Both the position numbers and the translations under genes were made by a program. Below are positions 32,001 through 40,190 of a DNA stretch of 64,000 nucleotides, piece after piece. Positions within the stretch are counted from its first letter, which is position 1, and every line of letters starts with the position of its first letter. This DNA comes from Leptospiraceae bacterium (GTDB lineage Bacteria > Spirochaetota > Leptospiria > Leptospirales > Leptonemataceae), in the NCBI GenBank assembly GCA_040217195.1, contig JAVJNR010000009.1, positions 64,001-128,000 of the forward strand. The letters are read 5' to 3'. Below the pieces are notes generated by a model. The model had not been told where the DNA came from and did not search any database. It saw only the letters and a list, made by a program, of their open reading frames with translations.

Positions 32001-34055
32001 CGAGTGGAGGAACAGCGAAGCAGCATCGAAGGACTGGCTCGAATTACGCGAATCGCAGCCTCCACAGACAATCTGGACGAAATCCTGGATCAGATCTTTG
32101 CCTATGTTCATAGAAGATACGGTATCGCATCCGGAGTGGTAATGCTACCCAATCCGGACGGAACCGAACTGGTAAGCTACCGGGTCTTTTCCTACGAGGA
32201 TCGGGACGCTCTGGTCCTGCACGATGCCTTTGCATACGCCCAGAACCTGCGGCTTCCCATCGCAGAATCCGGAGGGATCCTGGCCAGAACCTTCCTTCGC
32301 GGTAAACCCTTCTATGTGGCCGATGCCCGCCGGTTAGGTGTCTCAGACCGGGAGTATCCAGGGGCAGAGATGGACCGAGAGATAGCAAACAACCTAAAAT
32401 ACCGCGGCTATTTCAGCCTGCCCATGCACGTCAAAGAAGAGCCTGTGGCACTGTTAAATTTTACCGCATACAAAGAAAGCTTCAAACTGAATCGAAGCGT
32501 GCGAGAGGAATTAAAGACCCTTGCAGATCAATTGGCCGGCATCATTCGCACCAACAGCCTGGTCCGGGCTGTGCGCGAAGAAAGCAGAAGAGCCGCCCAG
32601 GCAAAAAAAGAAACCGATATTCTGGCCAGGCTTTCCAGGAAGGCCAACGAAACCACAAATCTGCAGATGCTCAGTCAGGGAGTGTTCGATGTACTTAGAG
32701 AAACCCTGAATCTGCAAAATCAGGGACTGTTTCTGGTAAACGACACCGATACAGAATTGGTTCCGGTACATTTTGACACCCATGAGAATATTCAGAACTG
32801 GGATACCGAATTTCGCGTACCTTTAAAGCCCGAAGGAGGCACTCTGTTCAAGACCTGGACCAGACGAAAATCCACCTATCTGCCCCGACTTCCGTTGCAG
32901 GGGGCGGCCTGGCCGGACCTGGAAATTGTGCGAAGGCTCAAGATTACCTCCGTTTTACAGATTCCACTGATTGTTACAGACCGGGTGGTGGCCATTTTTG
33001 CCTGCGGACCCACACGCTCCCTGTCCCGGGAAGAGATCCGATCCGCAGAAAGGTATTGCGAACAGATCGCCGGTGCAGTTCGAGTCATAGCTCTTTTGCA
33101 GGCCACTCAGGAAGCCAGGGAAGAGGCGGTGGTGGCCAAAGAGGAGGCTGAAGTGGCTCGCGCCGAATCCGATGCGCTTCTGGAAAATGTGCTGCCCAGC
33201 GCAGCCGCCCGGGAGCTCAAGGAAAGAGGACATGTGGAGCCCATCTATTATGATTCCGTTTCTGTGCTGTTTACAGACTTCGTGGGATTCACAAAAGCGG
33301 CGGCCAATTTGAGTCCGGCGGAACTCATCCAGGAGCTGGATGGCTGCTTTTCCCAGTTCGATGAAGTAAGCTGGCGCAACTCTATGGAAAAACTAAAGAC
33401 CATCGGCGATGCCTACATGTGCGCCGGTGGGCTTCCCGTGCCCAACGAAGGGCATGCCATCGATGCCTGCCTTACAGCTCTTGAGTTTAGAAGCTTTATG
33501 AAACAAATGGCCGAAGTCAAGCAACAACTGGGATTTCAATTCTGGCAGATTCGAATTGGTATCCACAGCGGTCCGGTAACGGCCGGGGTAATCGGTCAAA
33601 ACAAGTTCGCCTATGATATCTGGGGCGATACTGTAAACGTGGCCAGTCGAATGGAGTCATCCGGCAGCCCCGGAATGGTAAACATCTCCGGAGCCACGTA
33701 TGATCTGGTAAAAGATCTGTTCGAATGCGAGCATCGAGGCAAGGTGCAGGCCAAAGGAAAAGGAGAAATGGATATGTATTTTCTTCATCGAATCAAGCCA
33801 GAGCTTTCTGCAGATGAAGATGGTCTTCTGCCCAATGCAATGTTTGAGCTTGCACGCACCGATATGGACATGGAGGAGCTGGATGAACTGCGACGGGATG
33901 TGGCAGTCCTGAAGGGCGAAGTCTCCACGGAAGCAGCGGGGAATTCTAATAAGAATGGATCCAATTCCGGCCCTGACAGCCCGGGACGCAAAAAGAAAAA
34001 ACTGGCCGGGGCTCGTCCTCTTTCTGATATAGACGATAGTCGACAGGGATGGTAA
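29040..34055 (+). CDS. Giant adenylate cyclase 1: 7TM-DISM-type sensor, 5 GAF-like modules, class III cyclase, conserved tail
   Basis: Lipobox-like LAGC; 7TM; five repeats ending QISGA/QVAGA/HVAGA/QLAGI/QIAGA; FTDFVGFT, KTIGDAYM, YDIWGDTVNVASRMES. Confidence 0.92.
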   Translation: MECRIFSLRSHRCRRWVLTLFVFSLLAGCSQVEQAPRSVQKGILEIKENRLDTDVLDLNGEWHFQSEFLAPEKWKERLPTIGVSESEGRNLRSIEGSWTMATELDPALPSDGRASYALKWLLSDPESYNDLALKIPTINTSYQLFLNGQLLLEMGDIQSRSRTLTDAMRPRIVRIPGEILEKENEILINVANYGHRQAGLWSAPRLGNESYLRNQDERSVAMGLFLAGGLVLIGLYHLGLFLTRRSESAPLYFALYCILVALWAAQSGEKLLARLISGLDGETALRLEYICLYLSVASFLMFARRLYREDMPRWPARFVGAFALLSSVSGLVLPLRQFVWTLPPMQIAALAAVAICTFWTVQILRRKRLGARPVAFSLAILALTVTNDVLVAMSILPGIYLAQYGLMIFIVGQSFALSTRLSNAFNELEDLSRDLETRVDQRTGELDALNELTRSVNESQDLGFIVSRTSDFMVKRLGMRRMFLFMIHTQDNTLRGNGGQIGDLPEEDRQFFEDLRTPIEPDLGTLYRTIQRKKTLYLDFSRVRPPESMIDRRVVERLKMTSVVQIPAMVDGKVLGVATIDPGSKKLNRHDLSRLEAVVAQISGAVQKQFLLQAVEEENQEVKESKALADKEQKNSEILAELSRVAIESKDIDSILIAMQKPVTELVGPHGITIYLPDPEATLLSARSVIHTGTLVSPEDLPNSIRYVALKPESGTLHRCFSRAKTMYLPRISKAFLETSPVDLAIQSHYQLTWCYHIPLVVNDRVIGIASLAGQQPSSLGFQDKLYLERMIAQVAGAIQMQELLHTIELEKETAHLLQRESTALADFTRLLNQRADLNSIVEEVCRYAVQSLGLRGAFIAIVDDVEHEFQSIGGSGIDYTYQQEIFVRGSRVSINADAGLYFSVYQRKKSLYLPRIPSGQGPFNAMLADLFELQSFALIPLLLEDRVIGLMAVDPGKRKLSRQDLKRLETYADHVAGAINNASLFQRVEEQRSSIEGLARITRIAASTDNLDEILDQIFAYVHRRYGIASGVVMLPNPDGTELVSYRVFSYEDRDALVLHDAFAYAQNLRLPIAESGGILARTFLRGKPFYVADARRLGVSDREYPGAEMDREIANNLKYRGYFSLPMHVKEEPVALLNFTAYKESFKLNRSVREELKTLADQLAGIIRTNSLVRAVREESRRAAQAKKETDILARLSRKANETTNLQMLSQGVFDVLRETLNLQNQGLFLVNDTDTELVPVHFDTHENIQNWDTEFRVPLKPEGGTLFKTWTRRKSTYLPRLPLQGAAWPDLEIVRRLKITSVLQIPLIVTDRVVAIFACGPTRSLSREEIRSAERYCEQIAGAVRVIALLQATQEAREEAVVAKEEAEVARAESDALLENVLPSAAARELKERGHVEPIYYDSVSVLFTDFVGFTKAAANLSPAELIQELDGCFSQFDEVSWRNSMEKLKTIGDAYMCAGGLPVPNEGHAIDACLTALEFRSFMKQMAEVKQQLGFQFWQIRIGIHSGPVTAGVIGQNKFAYDIWGDTVNVASRMESSGSPGMVNISGATYDLVKDLFECEHRGKVQAKGKGEMDMYFLHRIKPELSADEDGLLPNAMFELARTDMDMEELDELRRDVAVLKGEVSTEAAGNSNKNGSNSGPDSPGRKKKKLAGARPLSDIDDSRQGW

Positions 34056-34099
34056 ACCCTGAACCTGGAATGCCAGGGCCATTCCCGAGGCAGAACGAT

Positions 34100-34780
34100 T
34101 TAAATCAACTGCAACTCCTGAACCTTTCGAACCAGCTCCGCCCGATTGTGTACCTCAAGCTTCTTGTATATACTCTTCACGTAATCGTGCACTGTATGAG
34201 GACTTAGCAATAAGAACTCGGCCACGGATTTGATAGTTTTTCCTCGCACCATAAGCTCCAGAATCTGACGCTCCCGATCGGTCAAATTTGGCCCGGAAAG
34301 AGGGGCCTTCTGAAAGGAGGACATGACTCGCAATGCAATGGTGGGAGTTATCATGGCTCCACCTCCCAGCACAACGTGAATGGCATCGGCCAGGCTGGAA
34401 AGTTCAGATTTAAGAAGGTAACCTTTTACTCCGTTCTGGATGGCCTGGAAAATAGCTTCATCCGAAGTCAGGTTGCTCAGAATGATAATAGGAAGGTCCG
34501 GTTGCTTCAATGCCAGAATTCCAGCCAGTTGAATGCCGCTTATTCCAGATAGATCAATATCCAGAAGCAATAGATCCAGTTCCAACCGTGTTTCATCGCG
34601 CAAGAATAACTCGGCTGAATTCCAGGAGTGCACAGGAGGACGAACCACCGAAATGGCAGTGAGCTCAGAGATTAGATGATCCCTGTATACAGGGTCATTT
34701 TCAACGACTCCGACTCTGGAAGCCTTACTTCCCGGCCCTTCATCTGGAGTATTTTGGTTATCCATTATTTGTTCTTTCAT
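34100..34780 (-). CDS. NarL/FixJ-family response regulator (REC + LuxR HTH)
   Basis: VVEND, LLDID, ILSN, GYLLKS; LTDRERQILEL...LSPHTVHDYVKSIYKKLEVHNRAEL. Confidence 0.95.
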   Translation of the reverse strand: MKEQIMDNQNTPDEGPGSKASRVGVVENDPVYRDHLISELTAISVVRPPVHSWNSAELFLRDETRLELDLLLLDIDLSGISGIQLAGILALKQPDLPIIILSNLTSDEAIFQAIQNGVKGYLLKSELSSLADAIHVVLGGGAMITPTIALRVMSSFQKAPLSGPNLTDRERQILELMVRGKTIKSVAEFLLLSPHTVHDYVKSIYKKLEVHNRAELVRKVQELQLI

Positions 34781-34847
34781 AAGACCTTCCAGCGCACCAG
34801 AAGCTAGTATGTATTCAAATCTGTCATCCAGGGCGTTTCCGCAAATG

Positions 34848-34863
34848 CCCCCTGTTCAGGGGG
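34848..34863 (-). promoter_or_regulatory. 7-2-7 palindromic box, copy 2 (perfect arms)
   Basis: ccccctg-tt-caggggg on +, i.e. ccccctg-aa-caggggg on -; upstream of regulator 1. Confidence 0.75.
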
Positions 34864-34884
34864 TTTGCGTACAATATTTAATGG

Positions 34885-36774
34885 TTAATAGGGCAACTTC
34901 GCTCGAAAACAATAGGACTCTCCCAGAATTCGCACCCTGGTTACGCCGCCCATTTTACCGGCTCTTTTTCGAGCATGGACGGCTAAATGGGTCTCCGGTT
35001 CCTCCTCAGGCTCAGTCCTCGCGTAAATCGGAGCTGCGGCGGCCTCATTACGGATTCGATTCTTCTGACTCAGAAGCAGTGAATCCGATGTTGCAGCCAG
35101 CCGCCACACTGATTCGCCGGTACCGTATTTTAGATCATTCGTGCATAACTCCCGCGTAAGCTGAAGAAAGTCCATACGCAATGCATCATCACTTAGAGCT
35201 CGGTCCAGGGCATCTGGCCTTTCGCATTGAAATATCAGTTCTCGGCCTGAATCCGAATACCTTCGCAATAAGGAAAGCTGAATTCCAGTTGTAGGCTCCC
35301 TGGAGGCAAATTCCAGATCTTCCATGAATAGCAATTCACCGCGAAACAGATCATTTATCTCCGCTACCCTGGTCTGCAGCAATGATGAAGAATTTCCGGG
35401 TCCCAGTTCCCGGGACAACTGAATCTGCAAATCCACAAGCTTGCTTCCCAGAGTATCATGCAGATCATTTTCCAGGGACTGTCTTTGATGAATCAACGCT
35501 TCCTTACTTCTTTCCAGACGTATTCCAAGAGCCTTTTCGTTTTCCAGGCTTTCTTTATGCCTCTGTGCCACACCAATGCCCTGGAACAGTCCAAAGCTTA
35601 CAAATGCTAAAACAGCCAGATCCGCCGCCCCTTCTCGGCTCTGCCAGTTCTGAAAAATGGCCAGCAAACCGAATATACAGACGATGACCATCCCGAATCC
35701 CATGATCCGGGTGCTTCCTGCTTCCTGAAACGATCGAATCAAGACAATGTATGCACAAATAAGCAATACCGGACCGGCCACAAATAAATAGTATCCGTAC
35801 ATCAACATTGCCAGAACCGCCGTATCTGCAATCAGGGTTACTACAAAGGCTCCACAGACCGAAAGCAAGATAGCAAAAGGGATGCGGCCCAGGGCCGATG
35901 GAAACAGTCCGCGAAAATACATGAGCATTAACGGTGGACTCAAGATATTCAGAGTCATATTAAATCGATATTGCCACTCCCAGTTCAACTCCGGCCATAT
36001 ATCATGGATGGTCCTTTCTCCCAGCAAAGGAATGCGAAGAGCAAAACTAAGACATAGAAATGCAAATACCAGATAGGCCTTTTCTCTTCTTTGCATCCAG
36101 AACAGGAAAAGATTATAGAAAGCGATGGCACCCAGAAAGCCCGTGGCCAGGATTTCCAGAAAGTCCCTTCTGTTTTGAAGAGTCTTAATCTTATCTGGCC
36201 AACCTATTTCGAAGGCTGCCCGTAAGCCGCCGCGAAACGTATGGAAATTGGCAATATGCAGGATTATTTCAGTTCGGGGTTTCCGCGGCGTATATTCAAA
36301 GTAAAGTTCACCCCTGGATGGTTCCGTATTTGTTTCGCTTGTGCCTGGATGTCCATCACTGGCAAGAAGTTGTCCATCCACGTATACCCGGGCCGAAGTT
36401 AGCTGCTGGGAGAGAATAAATGCAATTGGTCGACCTTGAGGAAGATCCAGCAAGGTTCGATAGCTTGCATAACCCTTTCCAGTGGTTCCTGGTAGCCGGG
36501 TCCAGGGTCTCATGCCCTGGACTCTAAAATCCGGCTTCAGTCGTTCCGGGGCCGAAGACTGGATTGCCCCGGGTTCAATGTAGCGATTCCAGAAAAAATC
36601 CCAGACAGGCTCCACAACGGAGTATCCCTGGTGCTGCAGAGTATTGAGGTGCACTTTGGAAACTGGGTCACCCTGGATGGAAGCTTCCGAAGGCAATTTC
36701 CCCTGGCAATGAAGAGAGCTCAACACCAGCACGGACAGTAAGAAGCATTTGAGAAAGAAATTGAACACCTGCAC
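34885..36774 (-). CDS. 7TM-DISM-type sensor kinase, HisKA_3-like, with degenerate ATPase domain
   Basis: HIANFHTFRGG extracellular motif, 7TM, H-box LENDLHDTLGSKL, N-box-like ELCTNDLKYG, no G1/G2 boxes. Confidence 0.85.
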   Translation of the reverse strand: MQVFNFFLKCFLLSVLVLSSLHCQGKLPSEASIQGDPVSKVHLNTLQHQGYSVVEPVWDFFWNRYIEPGAIQSSAPERLKPDFRVQGMRPWTRLPGTTGKGYASYRTLLDLPQGRPIAFILSQQLTSARVYVDGQLLASDGHPGTSETNTEPSRGELYFEYTPRKPRTEIILHIANFHTFRGGLRAAFEIGWPDKIKTLQNRRDFLEILATGFLGAIAFYNLFLFWMQRREKAYLVFAFLCLSFALRIPLLGERTIHDIWPELNWEWQYRFNMTLNILSPPLMLMYFRGLFPSALGRIPFAILLSVCGAFVVTLIADTAVLAMLMYGYYLFVAGPVLLICAYIVLIRSFQEAGSTRIMGFGMVIVCIFGLLAIFQNWQSREGAADLAVLAFVSFGLFQGIGVAQRHKESLENEKALGIRLERSKEALIHQRQSLENDLHDTLGSKLVDLQIQLSRELGPGNSSSLLQTRVAEINDLFRGELLFMEDLEFASREPTTGIQLSLLRRYSDSGRELIFQCERPDALDRALSDDALRMDFLQLTRELCTNDLKYGTGESVWRLAATSDSLLLSQKNRIRNEAAAAPIYARTEPEEEPETHLAVHARKRAGKMGGVTRVRILGESYCFRAKLPY

Positions 36775-36944
36775 CGCAAATTGTGACTATTCCATGAAGC
36801 GGGCAAGCGCATTCCAGAGAATTGTGGGCCCTCTTTTTTTACTGAAAATACTATAGCTCTGGAGGAAGCAATGGAGGAGTTCCCTTTGCTGCAGTTCCGG
36901 CAAAATCTGCCGCTCATTTTGAGCGATCCAATAAGGAATTGATC

Positions 36945-37727
36945 CTACATCAAGGACAGTTCCTGTACCTTTCGAACAAGCTCCGCCCGATTATGCACCT
37001 CCAGTTTCTTGTAGATGCTCTTTACATGATGATGAACTGTATGCGGGCTCAAGAGTAAAAACTCTGCCACCGAAGCGATGGTTTTTCCTTCCACCATAAG
37101 TTCGAGAATCTGCCTCTCCCGGTCCGTAATCTCCGGCGCCGGACTGCGCTCCTGTCTAAAGGAGGCCATTACACGCAATGCGATGGTAGGAGTAATCATA
37201 GCGCCGCCGCCAAGAACGATATCAATGGCATTCATCAGATTCTCCAGCTCCGATTTCAGCAGGTATCCGTTAACCCCATTCTTTATGGCTTCTACGATGG
37301 CTTCATCGGAAGTAAGATTGCTAAGGATAATGACCGTCAAATCCGGCTGTTTTACCGAAAGAATACCGGAAAGCTGAACGCCGCTAATGCCGGATAAATC
37401 GATGTCCAGAAGTAATAGATCGAGCTCATGCCTTTGTTCATCGCGCAGGAATTGTTCGGCGCTGGGCCAGGTAAGGATGGGCTCCTGAAACCGGCCAGAT
37501 GCCTTCAATTCGGCTACCAGAAAACGGCAGTATCTGGGATCGTTTTCTACCAGGCCAATCCGCAAACCGGTAGGGCGGCCATTTCGTTTGAGACCCGGCG
37601 CCGGAGTGCCTTTGCCCATTTCTTCTCTGGATTCTACTCTGGACCCTTCGCTTCCTTTGAATCCTTCTGATTCTGCGGATTCTCCAGATTCTTCGGATCC
37701 CATGATTCTGTTCGATTCTTCAGACAT
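36945..37727 (-). CDS. NarL/FixJ-family response regulator 2
   Basis: Close paralogue of 34100-34780 with a Ser/Glu/Gly-rich N-terminal extension; start uncertain. Confidence 0.93.
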   Translation of the reverse strand: MSEESNRIMGSEESGESAESEGFKGSEGSRVESREEMGKGTPAPGLKRNGRPTGLRIGLVENDPRYCRFLVAELKASGRFQEPILTWPSAEQFLRDEQRHELDLLLLDIDLSGISGVQLSGILSVKQPDLTVIILSNLTSDEAIVEAIKNGVNGYLLKSELENLMNAIDIVLGGGAMITPTIALRVMASFRQERSPAPEITDRERQILELMVEGKTIASVAEFLLLSPHTVHHHVKSIYKKLEVHNRAELVRKVQELSLM

Positions 37728-37790
37728 AAGGTCCCCCGGACGAGATTCGCAGCGCTCCCTGTTGCGTCATGCAGCAAGCAGCAGAAAGCA

Positions 37791-37806
37791 TCCCCTGTTC
37801 AGGTGA
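37791..37806 (-). promoter_or_regulatory. 7-2-7 palindromic box, copy 3, overlapping the stop codon of kinase 2
   Basis: tcccctg-tt-caggtga on +; upstream of regulator 2. Confidence 0.62.
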
Positions 37807-39892
37807 TTTTCGCTGCATCGGGCTTTCCGGGTATAGTAATCTGAACTGCAAAAACCGCTCCTATAATCCTTTTCCGCACTGTTCCATTCAATCGCCGGGC
37901 CCGTCGTCGTAGATGCTCCGGCGCAGCGGCCGAGTCCCCTCTCTGCCCCTTCACCCATACATTTTCGGAATCCCCGGAAGCTTCCCATGATTCCGGAGAG
38001 CCAAATCCTCCGCCCCGAATTGGATTCGCCTGATTCGTAGCGGCGGGCCCGGATGCCTCGGAAGAAGCGTTGGAAAGGCCAGGTTCATCTTCCGCTGCAA
38101 CGCCCGACCATTCCGGTCCCGGGGTTGAATCTTCGGATCGGATTCGATTCAACTGCAATAGTCTGATACAGCGATCCTTATCTATGGATATACGCCAGCG
38201 GGAATCCCGGACTCCGTATTTCAGATCGTTGGTACATATTTCCCGGGTAATCTGTAGAAACTCCATTCGAAAGGAATCATCCTGTAATTGGCTATCCAGC
38301 ATCGCACGGTCTTTCTCCGAAATACGAAACTTTAGCTCTCGACCGGCGCTGGAGTACCGGCGCAGAATCGATAGCTGAATGCCGGTAATCGGATCCCTGG
38401 ATGAATATTCCAGGTCTTCAATAAACAGAAGCTGCCCGCGAAACAACTGGTTTATTTCCTCAATCTGCTTTCGCAAGCCAGAGAGGCCAGCTTCATTTAT
38501 CCGGGCGGACTCCAGCTTCAGATCCACCAATCGACTCCCCAGGTTGTCATGCAGATCGTTTTCCAGGCTCTGCCTTTGATACGAAAGTGCCTGGCGGCTT
38601 CGTTCCAGATGCAAACCCAGCATCTTTTCTTTTTCAATACTTTCATTATGCCTCTGGGCCACTCCAATGGCCTGGAAAAAACCGAATGATACGAATGCAA
38701 GAATAGCTAGCTGCCCGGCATAATCCCTGGTATACCAGTTCTGATAGATTGCCATCACTCCCAGAATAGAGACTAATCCCATCCCCACAGCCATAGTTCG
38801 CCCACTACCTTTCTGGCGAATGCCATATACCAGCGCCATATAGAAGCCCAGGAGCAACGCTGGTCCGGCAGCCACCAGATAATAAGCAAACATGATGCGA
38901 CCCAGACTTATTGTATCCAGAAAAATACTGAGCGAAAAAGCACCGCATACGATTAGAAATCCGTAGAACAGTTTTCGATTCAAAGCAGCCGGGAACAGTC
39001 TATGGAAGAAAAGTAGCAAGAAAGGAGGGGTCACAATGTTCAAGCTCATGTTCGAACGATACTGGACCTCCCAGGACAAGCCCGGTAGTATTTCATGAAT
39101 CGTCTTTTCGCCCAGAAGAGGAATGCGAAGAGCAAAGCTCAAACATGTGAGCGCAAAAATTAGATAGACCCATTGACGCCTTTGAAGAGCGAAAAGAAAC
39201 AGGTGATAGAGAGCGATGGATCCCAGAAAACCAGAAGCCAGCAATTCCAGGCTTCTTTGCAGATTCCGGCTTTCCCGCACCTCATCCACAGGTCCCACCT
39301 GGATCATGCCCCGGGCACCCCCTCGGAAGGAATGAAAATTGGCAATGTGGAGCACTAGCTCGATCATTCCGCTTTGTGAAGTGTGTTCTATGATTAGATT
39401 CCCTCGGGCCGGCAGGGTTTCTTGCTCGGAGATGGCGGGCGAACCATCTACTGCCACTGCCTCCCCGTCAATAAAGACTCGAACCGAGGTAAGTTGCTGA
39501 GAGAGCCTGAATGCCAGAGGGATGTTCCTGGGCACAGGAATCAATGTCCTGTAGGTAGCATAACCGCTACTGGAATAACCTAACTTCTTCCAGATATCCA
39601 TGCCCCGGATTCTTCGGGAGGGGACTTCCTTCCTCGCTTGCTCGGGACTGAGCAGTTGCATCCAGTAGAAGTCCCATACCGGATGGACAATTTCAATGCG
39701 TCCTTCCTGTAGCGACCGTTTATAGACTTCGGACACCGGTTCCTTCTGCATTTCCCCTGATTGTAATTCGAAATGCAGCGGGGCCTCGCCATACAGATGA
39801 CTAACGTCCAGAGAATTACCAAAGCAAACTAAGGCAAATATGGGGAGTACGCGCCAGAGCCCAGGATTCTTTCGGTAAAAGGTCGAATGCAT
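37799..39892 (-). CDS. 7TM-DISM-type sensor kinase 2, HisKA_3-like, with degenerate ATPase domain
   Basis: HIANFHSFRGG, LENDLHDNLGSRL, EICTNDLKYG, low-complexity insertion in place of G boxes; likely start ATG 39892. Confidence 0.85.
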   Translation of the reverse strand: MHSTFYRKNPGLWRVLPIFALVCFGNSLDVSHLYGEAPLHFELQSGEMQKEPVSEVYKRSLQEGRIEIVHPVWDFYWMQLLSPEQARKEVPSRRIRGMDIWKKLGYSSSGYATYRTLIPVPRNIPLAFRLSQQLTSVRVFIDGEAVAVDGSPAISEQETLPARGNLIIEHTSQSGMIELVLHIANFHSFRGGARGMIQVGPVDEVRESRNLQRSLELLASGFLGSIALYHLFLFALQRRQWVYLIFALTCLSFALRIPLLGEKTIHEILPGLSWEVQYRSNMSLNIVTPPFLLLFFHRLFPAALNRKLFYGFLIVCGAFSLSIFLDTISLGRIMFAYYLVAAGPALLLGFYMALVYGIRQKGSGRTMAVGMGLVSILGVMAIYQNWYTRDYAGQLAILAFVSFGFFQAIGVAQRHNESIEKEKMLGLHLERSRQALSYQRQSLENDLHDNLGSRLVDLKLESARINEAGLSGLRKQIEEINQLFRGQLLFIEDLEYSSRDPITGIQLSILRRYSSAGRELKFRISEKDRAMLDSQLQDDSFRMEFLQITREICTNDLKYGVRDSRWRISIDKDRCIRLLQLNRIRSEDSTPGPEWSGVAAEDEPGLSNASSEASGPAATNQANPIRGGGFGSPESWEASGDSENVWVKGQRGDSAAAPEHLRRRARRLNGTVRKRIIGAVFAVQITIPGKPDAAKIT

Positions 39893-40031
39893 AAGGCCAG
39901 AGTAGCATTCTGCCCGGCTAAAGGTTCGCCAACAGCGGCCTGTACTTACATCGTAGCGGAGCAATGTACCACACAAACGATACAGGTTTTGAATTAATCG
40001 ATGAAACCGACTCAATCTGTCCTATTCCTTA

Positions 40032-40047
40032 TCCCCTGAACAGGTGG
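40032..40047 (+). promoter_or_regulatory. 7-2-7 palindromic box, copy 4
   Basis: tcccctg-aa-caggtgg then ttt; divergent region between kinase 2 and cyclase 2; TTGCCA at 40075. Confidence 0.75.
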
Positions 40048-40190
40048 TTTTGGCCAGCTACACCCTGGAATCGATTGCCAGTCCATCGAAAATAGGATCG
40101 GGATGGTAGGAAATGCTAAAACCGGTAGGGGGTACCCACCTCAGGGTGGTAGATCCGGACCCGAAGTGCACCCTGGAAAAAGCAAATCCA

